Notes under the pieces: model-generated | Seen by the model: the letters and a program-made list of their open reading frames with translations, nothing else | Told to the model about the DNA's origin: nothing | The model's database searches: none | Shown: one piece after another, positions 29,859 through 40,800 of the stretch | Layout: each line of letters begins with the position of its first letter | Position numbering within the stretch: the stretch's first letter is position 1 | Position numbers and translations under genes: made by a program | IMG/VR virus record: IMGVR_UViG_3300011337_000669 | Source of the DNA: a virus | Lineage: Duplodnaviria > Caudoviricetes | Direction: 5' to 3' (one strand) | DNA: 64,000 nt

Positions 29859-32800
29859 CTATAAAGTGAATTTTTGCGAACTTACCGTAAAGGTTGAACC
29901 AGGTGAATTAACATCAGTATAAGTCAAAATCATTTGGAACTCCCCTAATACCTTTATTTCTAATATATTTGTATATTTTGTATCAGGTCCATTTTCAATA
30001 ATCACTTCTAATTTATTCAATTCGGGGAATCTTACAATTTTGGTTTGTGTTACAGTCAAGTTTGTAGTTGGAGTAAATTGGAAAGTGTAGTATCCTCCAT
30101 TTGGTTTTACAACATTGTAATAACTATTCCCCATATAATTTGGTAATTCACCTGAATTGGTATCGGATACTAAAATAGTTTTTCCAATTCCTGATGGAGA
30201 TTGTTGTGGCACATTTAGTAAAAATTTATAATTTAATGGGTCATTTTTAGGATTTTCTGTTCTGTCGTCAGGTATTGCCGTCAAAGTAATATTAACCTCT
30301 ACTCTTATGTTTTCAGATTTGAATTCATCAAGATTCAACAAAGTACTCATTTGTTGTTTATTTATAGAGAACTCTTGTTGGTCTTGTGAAACAAAATTTT
30401 TAAGGTTTTGGTTTTTTTGTTCCTTAATTAGTTCTTCTTTTAGAACATTATTTGGTCCGACAATTAATTTTTTAATTGTATAACTGTAAACATTGGTTTC
30501 ATTAATTTTCCATCCTTGTACCTGAGGATTTACTTTTACATCTAACTCCAAAGTATTACCCAATTCGTCTCGAAGAATTTCATAGATAAAAGGTAACAAT
30601 CCAGTATTTTGAGGATTAAGATTCGATCCAGCTTTATCTTGCTGTTGTACACTCGATTGTTGTTGGGTTGTAGTATCCGCATATGCCCCTGCCGATGACG
30701 TTGTTTTATCTTTCAATGATGGATTAAATGTAAAATCCACCAAACTTTCTTTATCACCATATTCAGTTATAACTGTTATTCTTCCTGTAGCAACATTTTG
30801 CCCCTCAGGTATTTGAATATTAGGTAAAACAAATCTTAATGTTTCAGAATTGAACACTGTAATATCCTTCAACTCAACATCTTTATTAATTACTTTGATT
30901 GATTTCACAGACTCAAAATTTCGTCCATTAACTTGAACTATTGTTCCTGTATATCCAGCAGCAGGTGAGAATGTTGATACAACAGGTGGTGGACAAATTT
31001 GACCTATATTCGGAGGCACAGGAGATGGAGTTGGAGTTACACCAGGTGTACGTCCTTCATCTTGAACTTTCTTATCCGCAGAACTAAATTCTACCGCGAG
31101 TTCTTGAGGAATCAATCCTGCATCTTTTGCGGATGCCAAACCTTTATTCAAGGTATCTATCGTTTGTTTGAACTCTCCGACATTTGAATCAAAATATTCT
31201 TCTGATATATTTTTCTCAGGCCAGTAACAAACATAATACTTAGACATACTAATTTGTCTTATCTGCGTGACTCTTTCACGTAATCTTCCAGCCATGAAAT
31301 TTATGTAGTCATCTAATGAATTAAAATGAATGATTGGTTGAGATGAATTTTTTGAAGGATTAGTTTTAATATTCACACAACTATAGTTTTTTCCAAACAA
31401 ACTTACTGAGGCTCCCCAATCAACACTAAGAGATAATGTCCCTAAGTTATTGTTCCATCCATTGAAACTCCCAACGTTTGTGTTTGCATCTGATTGGAAT
31501 GTTCTGATGTAAGAAATGAGATAAATAACTGATTGTAAATCCACCTGATTAGGTAAAAGTCGTTTTAGTGCATTTGCAAAATCAACAGGTGTGACTTTGG
31601 TTGACTGACCATTAACGGCAACATATCCAGGAAATGCATTCAAATATACAGGTGCAGTAATTTTCGAACTACATGAATTCGTTGTATCTGCAGTGTTATC
31701 GGCTTTCTGTACAACTTCAGTTGATTTAACATTATCTGTTGTTGCCGGTAAACTTACTTGGTCTTTCTTAATTTCTAACGCTTCTTCTAATTTTGTTATC
31801 AAATTTTGATTAATACTTTGTAGTAAATTATCTATTTGTGGTAAATCGAAATAACCTTGTCTAGTACCATCAAAAACAGTTTGGAAACTTCCTGGTTGTA
31901 TTGAGTGGTTCACACTAGTAATCATATATGAACCATCAAACATTGGCACGTGTCTCAAATTAAAATACATCATAGGTTGTATTAATGCATTTCCTAAACA
32001 TGTTATTGTTGACTTATAAGACCTATATTTGTATATGTCGTATAAACTAATATTTTGTGTCGACACAGGACGACCAGATACTTGATTTGACATATCAAGT
32101 ATGGCGTTTATTGATTCTGACGTAGCCTTTCCATTATCTTGTGAAACTGTCATCGAATAAAAAATATTTTGATTTCTTGTCCCGACATCAACATTAAATC
32201 CTACACATCTATTAGAAAGTGCCCAATCTTTTTTTCCTTGTTGATTTTCAATCAAAGGATTAGGTTGTCGACTCATGTCAAATCCATCACTTCTAAATTT
32301 GAAAGTCTCTTTTTGAAGGTTTGGATATTGGGATGGTTTACCAACATAAAAACAAACTAACTTTGGACTCGCGTTCCTATAATCTACGTTCAAAAAAGTA
32401 CCCCACATGTCATTTGCGAATTCGGAAGAAGCTTGCGCTTTAGGTGTTGCAGTGACATCCACATCTTGAATACCATAGAAGTTTACATAAGCTGGAAGTG
32501 GCATCACAGTGAAGTTATTATTCATCAAAATTGTGCTGATGAAGGTATATACACTCATCGTTTGATTCAATGAGTTTGTATTAAACATGTTTTGGAGACT
32601 GAATATATCCAATATTATTGTTTCCCCTATGTTTCGGGATGCTCTATCCAAAAATAAAAAGTCCTCAAACAAAGTTTTTGATTTGTAATCCCCACCAGCA
32701 ATCCATTTGTCGTTAAGGGTTTTGAATACTTCATACATTTCCACTTTACCTTGTTCACCTGAAATCACACTATTAATTGCCCGTTCAGGTAATTGTTGTT

Positions 32801-35800
32801 GTTTTGGAAGTACTGCTCTTAAGCCACTTAATACTCCATCCAAAAAGTTATTTTGAATTCCAGTTTCTCTTTGTAGATATTGACTCAATTGATTTTGAAA
32901 TTGGGATGCACTCAAATTTGGATTGACTAACTTTTGAGTTGCGTACATTTTGATAATAGGTGCCAACAATGTGATGTTTCGGCTTGAGAACTCAATATTA
33001 TTATCAATAAAAAAATCTGTAATATATGACCCTAAAGAACTATATCTAACATTAGGGATTGTTGAAAACCCTACCTCAGTTTCTAATGTAGTCCATGCCT
33101 GTCTATTATTAATTTGAGATTGACTTAATGTTAAATTACTACCCACCTGTGGTAATGAATTCGGAACATATGGTTCAAACTTAATTGGGTCGACGACAAC
33201 TTGTAAATTGTTGTGAGACAAATAAGAATCGAAAATTCTTCTTTCATAGTTAGATGGATTACCATATTTGAATATAATATCAAACTCCATAAAGGATTTT
33301 ATCCCATTTTGAAAGACACCAAATTGATTGTTGATTGTATTTGTAAAATATTGTTCCTCTGTTTCTGATTGTGTTTTTCTTGGTACTGTCATCAAACTTT
33401 TGAACAATGATTGGAAGTTTTTGAAGTTTGCATTAGTATTGACTGTGGATTGTCCAAATGTAGTTACATTAGTCCCAACAGTTGCATTAGCCATTGGTTT
33501 ACAGAAATTCAAAAATTCAAGTTCGAATGAATCTAAAATTTTCTTTTCGAAAACAGAAAAGACCTCTTCAATTTTTGTGTAATTGTCTTGAGTTAAGAAG
33601 TATAATGGAGTTTGGTTATTATCAGTTGTGATAAAGTTCAAATAAGAATCTGGTTCAGGAAATGCCAATTGGTTGTTATCAAAATATCCAAAGTTTGGTG
33701 CTGACCATAAACATCTGACCGTTCCGTTATACATGTTCGGATTACTAGTCAAATTTACTTTAGTCGTAGGTGTTGTCGTTTGATTTACGATACAAGAATC
33801 AATTGTTTGATTGAATGGTGTACCAAATGAAGGTACCACAAAATAATCGTCTCCTTGAGTATTATCCTTAGGATTACAATCAATCGGAAGTTGTGGTGTT
33901 ATATTTGGTAGTAACACAGACCAAGTCGTCAATCTTAAATTTTTATCCCCTTGTTTTACATTATTAATATTAGAGGAACTGAAATTATATAACTTCATAC
34001 CTGAATTAATACTATTCTGTATTTCCTCATTTGTATAAAATTGATACAAATCATATCCAGTATAAAAGACATTCAAATCGTTAATCACTTTAGGATAAAA
34101 CCCGACTTGCATTCCTATACTAGCAACACCTTCACTTTGTAATTGAATATCTTTTGTAGACCCTTGATATTTGAAAAAATATACTTGAGTAGTTGAACTT
34201 GTGGGAGGATAGTAATTTCCCGCATAATCAAAGTTTTTCCAAGCACTTTCTAAGATATCAACATTAGTTTCTTTGTATTTTTTGTACCTGTGCCAAATTG
34301 AACCATATTTCAAAATCCAAGCATAAGGTAGTTTGTGGATAGCCCCAAATTTTTTCAATGCTGACGAAATATAATCCAAATCACTTGTAACATCATTTGT
34401 TAAAGATTTGTATTTTTCTCTCAATGTCGCCAAAGGTAATGAGTTCAAAAACAAATATGCCGCTTGTACATATGGATAGGTATTCCCTGATACCCTTGAA
34501 TTATAAACACCGTTTTGTATTGCGTTTATAAAGTAAGGAGTATTCAACATTGAAGTAGTACTTCTCGGGCTAAACACACCTGTTGGGGTAGTCCCGTTGA
34601 CATATCCTTCAGTCGGAACAAAAGTATTAGGAGTTCTACTTAAATAAAATGCGTTTAGTCCAACAGGACCATATGTAATATAATCAGAAAGTCCTGATAG
34701 GTCGATGAGTGAAGTTGGGTTTTCATTTAATATATAAGAAAAATTAGTTACAGGTCTATTGGTCGTATAATTATAAACGTCTGTAAAGTTGGCAATAATT
34801 TTCCTTGGCTCGAAAATAGTTAAAGACTTGTTTGTATTATAAACCTGATTTGATACCGCGCTATTTCCTTGATTCAAATTGTTTAGACACCAAGTTTGAT
34901 CAGTATAAGGTAAAGTATCCACAATGAGAGGGTCATTCGAAGCATTCAAAACTAAAGACCTTAATGCATCAGACTTCGTTGTGACTTGTGGTATCTTTCC
35001 AATATCTAATGTATTTAGAATTCCGAAAGAATTCTGAGTTAATCCTTTAATATACGGAGTGACAAAGAAATCCCTGATATAATCTTGATATGCTCGTCCT
35101 GTGCCTGAGTTCGAAATGTTTTCGAGAAAATCAGGATAATTTGCTGCTGTGAGGTTAAAGTTTTTTAATTTTAGTGTTAAATATGGAGAACTAATACCAA
35201 GTTTCTTCTGTAGGTTATTAACTTCAGTCTCAATATTCAATCTATTCAATTCATCAACTTGGCTGGAATTAGCACGAATCAATCCTGAATAATGTGAAGT
35301 CAAAAACTGACGTTCCCAAATTTCATAGAAAAATTTAATTTCTTCTTTGTTTGAATACGCAACTCCTGTTGATGGAAATTCTATGGCGTTGATGTTAATA
35401 ATACTTGTGTCTCTCTCACTTTCCAATGGTGGAGGTGAAATAGGACTTTGAAATTTTTGGGTTAATCCCCTCAAATATTCCTCGACAAACTCGACTTCAG
35501 GCCACTTGTCAAAAAGATACCCTTGAGTCAAATTAACAACAGAAGGATCTGCAATATATTTTAATTGAAATTTATTTTTATCCTCAGAAGATTCCACCGA
35601 GAATTGTGGCCAAGGATAAACTGGTATTTGGGAATTCACCGCATCCGCATTCAATTGATTTTCGTTGAATAATAAAAATTCATCTCTTGAAACCAAATCT
35701 CTCGAATCACTACTCGGAGCAGATGACGGGTTATAAAATATTGCCCTACTACGAACTGGGTCATATTTTACATTCCAAGCATTAGTATGAACATCATCCA

Positions 35801-37577
35801 ATAATCGAATAAAACCCTCAGCTGATGCCATTATCACAGCAATCATGTTTCTAACAGTAGGCTTAAATCCAATACCTGTATCAGTGTCTTCAATTTTTCT
35901 TAAAAGTAACGCAGAAATCTCACTTTCGGCCTCGGACAATTTTTGGTTTGCTTGTGACTCCATTGAAGAAATTTCTTTGATAAATCTTCCTTCTCCCTCA
36001 AATATAAACCAAGATTGAGGAACTGGTTTTGAGTTTGATAAACTTAAAAGTGTATTTATCGCTCCTACAGGATTTGTTGAGGATTCACGTTCAGTTGGTA
36101 TAAACAAATATGCGAGACTATTTTTCAAATTAATTTGGTCTTCTATTGTTGGATTACTAATACCTGTTTGTATTCTAACCGTTTCAAACCAATTAAGACT
36201 ACTCGTCTCAGGAGCAGTTATTGAAATCATGTCGTACTTTATTGGATTAGGAATTGGTGCCGTACCTTTTGAACCTAGTGTAGGGTTTTCGGATAAACTC
36301 TTATTATATTCGATAATGTCTCCTTGTAATTTAGAAATGGCAGTGTCTTTAACTTCACGCGACAAATCTTTGAAGACATATGCCCTCTCTCCCGATTTCA
36401 ACACTATCGGTTTCGGATTCATGTAAGTCTTGAACCAAGAGTTTTCTCCACCAACAATAGCAGTAAAATATCGATTTATAGTATCTTTATAATTTCTAAT
36501 GTTCGTTAGAGGTTCTACGTCAGCCTTTTCAAAAGACCTAAAGATGTTTGCCTCGAATTGTTGCAACTTATTCATAAGTTGTACCAAAGTAAGTTCAGGA
36601 AAATCTAAAGGGATTAAACCCTTGGACTTATACTCACTATAAACTTCAATTATTTTTTGATAACCTTTTTCAGCAACTAATTGTGTCACCACAGCGGTGT
36701 CCGACCCTAAATTGTTTGCACCCTTTTCAGCTTGTGTACTTGCTTGTGATTCAGCCGCTTTATTAGGTTGTTGTGGGCCATCTAAAGTTTGTGTAATATC
36801 AAACCTTTGGCTATACATGTGAGGAGCAGCAATAAGATGTCCCATTGAAATTTCCCCCAATATGTTAAATTTATATCCGATAAATTTTAATCTTACCTGA
36901 TAATTCCCGCTAAACCCATTGAATGAAGCGTGGAATGTTTGTAAGTTAAGTTGATACCTAATTGCTTGTCCATAATACCCTTTTAGTGTAAGATAGAATG
37001 GAGGATAAGGCATGTTGAAGAATGCCGCATAAGGTGAACTATCACCAAATTCAAATAGTCCTCTACCTTGTACATCCTCCAAAAGTATTTCAACTGTAGG
37101 CACAAAACTTGTGTTTGTCACTATATTGATTGAGGTAATACCCAATAATCCAGTATCAATAATTTCTCGTTGATTTACGGATGTATTAAGTAAGTAAGGA
37201 TCTTGAGAACTATTAGTAGTATTTGCAATTTCGTTTGGTTGGTTAACTGCATTAAATTGGGTTGAGTTTTCTCCAGTCAATTCATCATAATATCCTGCAC
37301 CTAAAGATGAATTTTTTGTTGGTTTTAGAAAATTCATTTTAGCAACTGAAATAGTTACTAATCTATTATCAGGACTTCCACCAACCGCTAGTTTAGTTCT
37401 TGGAACCACATCAGCTTCCAAATTGGCATACATAACGAGATTTTCATGGTCAACAAGTCTTTCTCGAATATTTCCAAAATCATCGGTAGTCTTGTTTGGG
37501 TCAACCACAATAATATTGTTTTCGTCAACTTCAACAAAAATATTTCCACTTGTGTCTGCCTGTATGTTACCTGCCAT
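29859..37577 (-). CDS. Very large baseplate hub-like protein with a C-terminal IPT/TIG domain
   Basis: 2572 aa. MFDGSYMITSVNHSIQPGSFQTVFDGTR resembles the gp27/VgrG hub end. PVVSTFSPAAGYTGTIVQVNGRNF is TIG-like. Follows the LysM gene. Confidence 0.6.
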   Translation of the reverse strand: MAGNIQADTSGNIFVEVDENNIIVVDPNKTTDDFGNIRERLVDHENLVMYANLEADVVPRTKLAVGGSPDNRLVTISVAKMNFLKPTKNSSLGAGYYDELTGENSTQFNAVNQPNEIANTTNSSQDPYLLNTSVNQREIIDTGLLGITSINIVTNTSFVPTVEILLEDVQGRGLFEFGDSSPYAAFFNMPYPPFYLTLKGYYGQAIRYQLNLQTFHASFNGFSGNYQVRLKFIGYKFNILGEISMGHLIAAPHMYSQRFDITQTLDGPQQPNKAAESQASTQAEKGANNLGSDTAVVTQLVAEKGYQKIIEVYSEYKSKGLIPLDFPELTLVQLMNKLQQFEANIFRSFEKADVEPLTNIRNYKDTINRYFTAIVGGENSWFKTYMNPKPIVLKSGERAYVFKDLSREVKDTAISKLQGDIIEYNKSLSENPTLGSKGTAPIPNPIKYDMISITAPETSSLNWFETVRIQTGISNPTIEDQINLKNSLAYLFIPTERESSTNPVGAINTLLSLSNSKPVPQSWFIFEGEGRFIKEISSMESQANQKLSEAESEISALLLRKIEDTDTGIGFKPTVRNMIAVIMASAEGFIRLLDDVHTNAWNVKYDPVRSRAIFYNPSSAPSSDSRDLVSRDEFLLFNENQLNADAVNSQIPVYPWPQFSVESSEDKNKFQLKYIADPSVVNLTQGYLFDKWPEVEFVEEYLRGLTQKFQSPISPPPLESERDTSIININAIEFPSTGVAYSNKEEIKFFYEIWERQFLTSHYSGLIRANSSQVDELNRLNIETEVNNLQKKLGISSPYLTLKLKNFNLTAANYPDFLENISNSGTGRAYQDYIRDFFVTPYIKGLTQNSFGILNTLDIGKIPQVTTKSDALRSLVLNASNDPLIVDTLPYTDQTWCLNNLNQGNSAVSNQVYNTNKSLTIFEPRKIIANFTDVYNYTTNRPVTNFSYILNENPTSLIDLSGLSDYITYGPVGLNAFYLSRTPNTFVPTEGYVNGTTPTGVFSPRSTTSMLNTPYFINAIQNGVYNSRVSGNTYPYVQAAYLFLNSLPLATLREKYKSLTNDVTSDLDYISSALKKFGAIHKLPYAWILKYGSIWHRYKKYKETNVDILESAWKNFDYAGNYYPPTSSTTQVYFFKYQGSTKDIQLQSEGVASIGMQVGFYPKVINDLNVFYTGYDLYQFYTNEEIQNSINSGMKLYNFSSSNINNVKQGDKNLRLTTWSVLLPNITPQLPIDCNPKDNTQGDDYFVVPSFGTPFNQTIDSCIVNQTTTPTTKVNLTSNPNMYNGTVRCLWSAPNFGYFDNNQLAFPEPDSYLNFITTDNNQTPLYFLTQDNYTKIEEVFSVFEKKILDSFELEFLNFCKPMANATVGTNVTTFGQSTVNTNANFKNFQSLFKSLMTVPRKTQSETEEQYFTNTINNQFGVFQNGIKSFMEFDIIFKYGNPSNYERRIFDSYLSHNNLQVVVDPIKFEPYVPNSLPQVGSNLTLSQSQINNRQAWTTLETEVGFSTIPNVRYSSLGSYITDFFIDNNIEFSSRNITLLAPIIKMYATQKLVNPNLSASQFQNQLSQYLQRETGIQNNFLDGVLSGLRAVLPKQQQLPERAINSVISGEQGKVEMYEVFKTLNDKWIAGGDYKSKTLFEDFLFLDRASRNIGETIILDIFSLQNMFNTNSLNQTMSVYTFISTILMNNNFTVMPLPAYVNFYGIQDVDVTATPKAQASSEFANDMWGTFLNVDYRNASPKLVCFYVGKPSQYPNLQKETFKFRSDGFDMSRQPNPLIENQQGKKDWALSNRCVGFNVDVGTRNQNIFYSMTVSQDNGKATSESINAILDMSNQVSGRPVSTQNISLYDIYKYRSYKSTITCLGNALIQPMMYFNLRHVPMFDGSYMITSVNHSIQPGSFQTVFDGTRQGYFDLPQIDNLLQSINQNLITKLEEALEIKKDQVSLPATTDNVKSTEVVQKADNTADTTNSCSSKITAPVYLNAFPGYVAVNGQSTKVTPVDFANALKRLLPNQVDLQSVIYLISYIRTFQSDANTNVGSFNGWNNNLGTLSLSVDWGASVSLFGKNYSCVNIKTNPSKNSSQPIIHFNSLDDYINFMAGRLRERVTQIRQISMSKYYVCYWPEKNISEEYFDSNVGEFKQTIDTLNKGLASAKDAGLIPQELAVEFSSADKKVQDEGRTPGVTPTPSPVPPNIGQICPPPVVSTFSPAAGYTGTIVQVNGRNFESVKSIKVINKDVELKDITVFNSETLRFVLPNIQIPEGQNVATGRITVITEYGDKESLVDFTFNPSLKDKTTSSAGAYADTTTQQQSSVQQQDKAGSNLNPQNTGLLPFIYEILRDELGNTLELDVKVNPQVQGWKINETNVYSYTIKKLIVGPNNVLKEELIKEQKNQNLKNFVSQDQQEFSINKQQMSTLLNLDEFKSENIRVEVNITLTAIPDDRTENPKNDPLNYKFLLNVPQQSPSGIGKTILVSDTNSGELPNYMGNSYYNVVKPNGGYYTFQFTPTTNLTVTQTKIVRFPELNKLEVIIENGPDTKYTNILEIKVLGEFQMILTYTDVNSPGSTFTVSSQKFTL

Positions 37578-37890
37578 AATAATAAAAATGATTTTCTAAT
37601 GCCCCTTTATAGTCTTGTAATGATGGTAGAAGAGGAAATGGAATAATCAATACTGCCCCATCATAAATATTATTTTCAAGACCCCCGAATTGTGGATTCG
37701 CCTGAAGAATTAACCATCCAAACACAGGTGAGTTATAATATTCTTGTGAAACTTTATCTAATCTACTTTTTGCCACTTTATAAATAAATGCCTTATCCGT
37801 TGGTTTTTGAGGCAAAGAAATATATGGGACTACTGTTTGTTCCCCATTAATAATAAAATCACTATATCTATTCCAATATTGATATGCCAT
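37567..37890 (-). CDS. LysM-like baseplate protein (gp53 / P2 gpX-like)
   Basis: SRLDKVSQEYYNSPVFGWLILQANP...GAVLIIP. Confidence 0.8.
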   Translation of the reverse strand: MAYQYWNRYSDFIINGEQTVVPYISLPQKPTDKAFIYKVAKSRLDKVSQEYYNSPVFGWLILQANPQFGGLENNIYDGAVLIIPFPLLPSLQDYKGALENHFYYYGR

Positions 37891-40800
37891 TAGTTTAGTT
37901 TTGCTTTTGATATATATGCATTAGGTAGATTTCCATTCAAATCATTCCAAGTTAATACATTCGTATTTTGGTTTGTTGTGTTAGCTAATCCTTTTATCAG
38001 ATTTTCTTTTGTTTGTTTTTCTGATGGACCAGAAGGGTCGACACTTGTAAAGGTAAAGTTCCTCTGTTTGTTTGAATCGAATGGAGTATAAATTAAATAA
38101 TTTTTCAAATCGGTTTTTTCCAAATTTTCAATAAATGATTTTGTGATATTATTTTCCTCCAAGAAAACTGGTCTTACAGTTTTAGTCCAATATGTATCAA
38201 ATATTGCCTCAATGTCAACAGACCCGTTACCAAGCAATGATTGATTTCCAATAATGTTACCAATAAGTTCTTGTTTGAACGTTTCGTATTTTTTTTCATC
38301 GATAACATCATCAGACACAATCATATAAACTCTTCGGAATGGTTGACTACTAAACTGTGGATTGGTGCTAAACGGTTTGAAAACTTCTTGGACAGTAACC
38401 TCGTTCGATTTTCCATTAATAGTTTTATATACTAGAACTCCTTCATACTCTGTGCTAGTCGCAGGATAAATAAACTTTGTCTTACGTTCAATTACAGTAT
38501 TAAATTTTTTAATATCATCTTGAATTTTTGCGGTATCTTGAACCAACTCCAAATAAGTATTTGAACTTGTAGATGATTTATGTACATCTGTTGTTCCTGA
38601 GGTTACATATATTGTTACCGGTCCATTTTTAGCTTGAAAACCATCGGTTCCATTACTACTACTCACAGGACTATAAAGTATAGTATTCAACCTACCGAGA
38701 GTTTGAAGATAATTTTGTTCTTCATTCACTAAACTTTGAGTTATTGTCGATATTGCATTTTCAAATGACCCACGTTTTCTTGACACAAAATTGGAATAAT
38801 TTTGTTTAATCGTTCTGATTAGTTTTGGTGATAAGTTTTTGGATGGATCAGAAATATATTCTATAAATCCTTCTGTATTATCCGTTATATTTTTAACTAA
38901 TTCACCAAATATGGTATCGAACCTTTTTTCAACATTGTTAGGTTTTCCAAATAATATTACATCATCTGTATTAATTTCAAAATTACCTTTAGTATAATTT
39001 CTTTCCAACATCCATTGTTGTCTTACCGCATTATTATATTGATTAACACTCTCTTTAGATTTATTTACAATATTTGTGAAATATGTTTGGGTGGTACTTA
39101 CTACTTTATTCATAAAAGTACTGTAACTCAAAATTCCTGTTGTATTTCCACTTGTATCCGTAACATTACTAAGAATATTTCCAATAGTACTATTGTTATC
39201 TTGACCGTTATTCGGAGCACCGTTATTAATACCAGGTATTGGTGGAGGAACTTCGCCTGCTAAAAATATTTGGTCTAATATTCTTGAAGACTCAATATCT
39301 GTAGCATCCGCTCTATCGTCATAAATCTCAGTGTTGGCATAGTAGTTAAATGTCAATGCGTTCTGTAACTTATCAACCGACTCTTTTAACCCACTACCTC
39401 CGACAAATTTGAAATTCATCGAAATATTCGCAATCATAGGTTGTACACCAATACCCTCAGGATTGATATCTAAACCTTCGTATGTGATTGAAAGTCCATC
39501 AGGGATAATCTTTGTATTATAAAAATCCCCTACTCTCAACACCAATACTGGAGGTGCACCAAATGATGTATTACTAGCGTCTTTGTTATAGTTTAGAGTC
39601 TGTGTCTCACCATCTTGTTTAACTGTAGGAATAGTATCACCAGGCCTCATACATTGCTGTAAGAATGTCAGTCTTGAGTTTAACCCTTCTGGTGTTATTG
39701 AATGGAATGACGGTTGGAAAAACTTCAACTTGTCTTTCAAATTATCAAAAACCATTGGTGTTGTTTCCTTAATAACTTCGAAATAATCACACTCTGATAA
39801 CAAGGCTCTCACAACTCTTTTAGTTATATTATCTCTTGGTTCCCATCGTTGTTCAATGACAGGTTCTGTTACAGTTTGTGTGACGACATTACCAATCAAC
39901 ACTGGAACTGTGCCTGAACCCGAATTTGGGTTTGTCTGTCCTCCTGGAATTGATTGGGTATTTGGACCAGTTTGAGGATTATTCAGAGTTGATTTAATAT
40001 TGGAAATGAAAGATCTTCTACATGCCATGGCTGGCACAGTATATATATCTTTAGATCCTGCTTGAGTATCCCCACCTACAGTATTTACATCTTTATCTGT
40101 ACAATTGACCCTTTTTCCTGTATCAAACGGAAGAGTATACGGAGCGGATGTTGTTTTAGAAACTAATGGTTCAGCATTTGTGTTTTCCCCAAAAGCGTTT
40201 TGTGGTTTAACTAATAACCTCTGATTGGCCACGTACTTTGATGTCGCAGGATTTTCAGCAAAAAATTTAATCATTGATTTAATTCTTCTATCCGATAATT
40301 CTTTGTTATATCCTTGAGTCGCAGGTGCTGAACAACTAGAATCAATGTCTATCGTTACTGTTCCTTGAGTATTAACTTCAAGTTGTTTACCTAACTCGAT
40401 AGCAAATTGATTAATTACATCATAATTTGGGGTGACTACTGTGTCAAAAAATGTCGCGGTTTCACTAGCGTTTGATTTAGTAGCGTATTCTGGTTTTTCT
40501 CCAATATATCTTACATATTCTTCTGTATAATTTACTTCGGTTTTCGGTTTTGGATAATCATTTCCAAAATAAAATCCAAGTTGTACATACTTCTTAAAGT
40601 CTAAGTCTGTGTTACCCCCTCCACCCGATTGAGCAACTGGTACATCATATCCATTAGGAGAGAAAGCACCTGATTCTATTGTTCCACGAGTATATATAAT
40701 TTGTTCTCGTGACATTTCTTTCGAAGTAATCGCTTGTTGCAATTCAAACAAATCATTTGGATTTACATTGGAATACAATTTTGCCAATTCATAGATGTCG

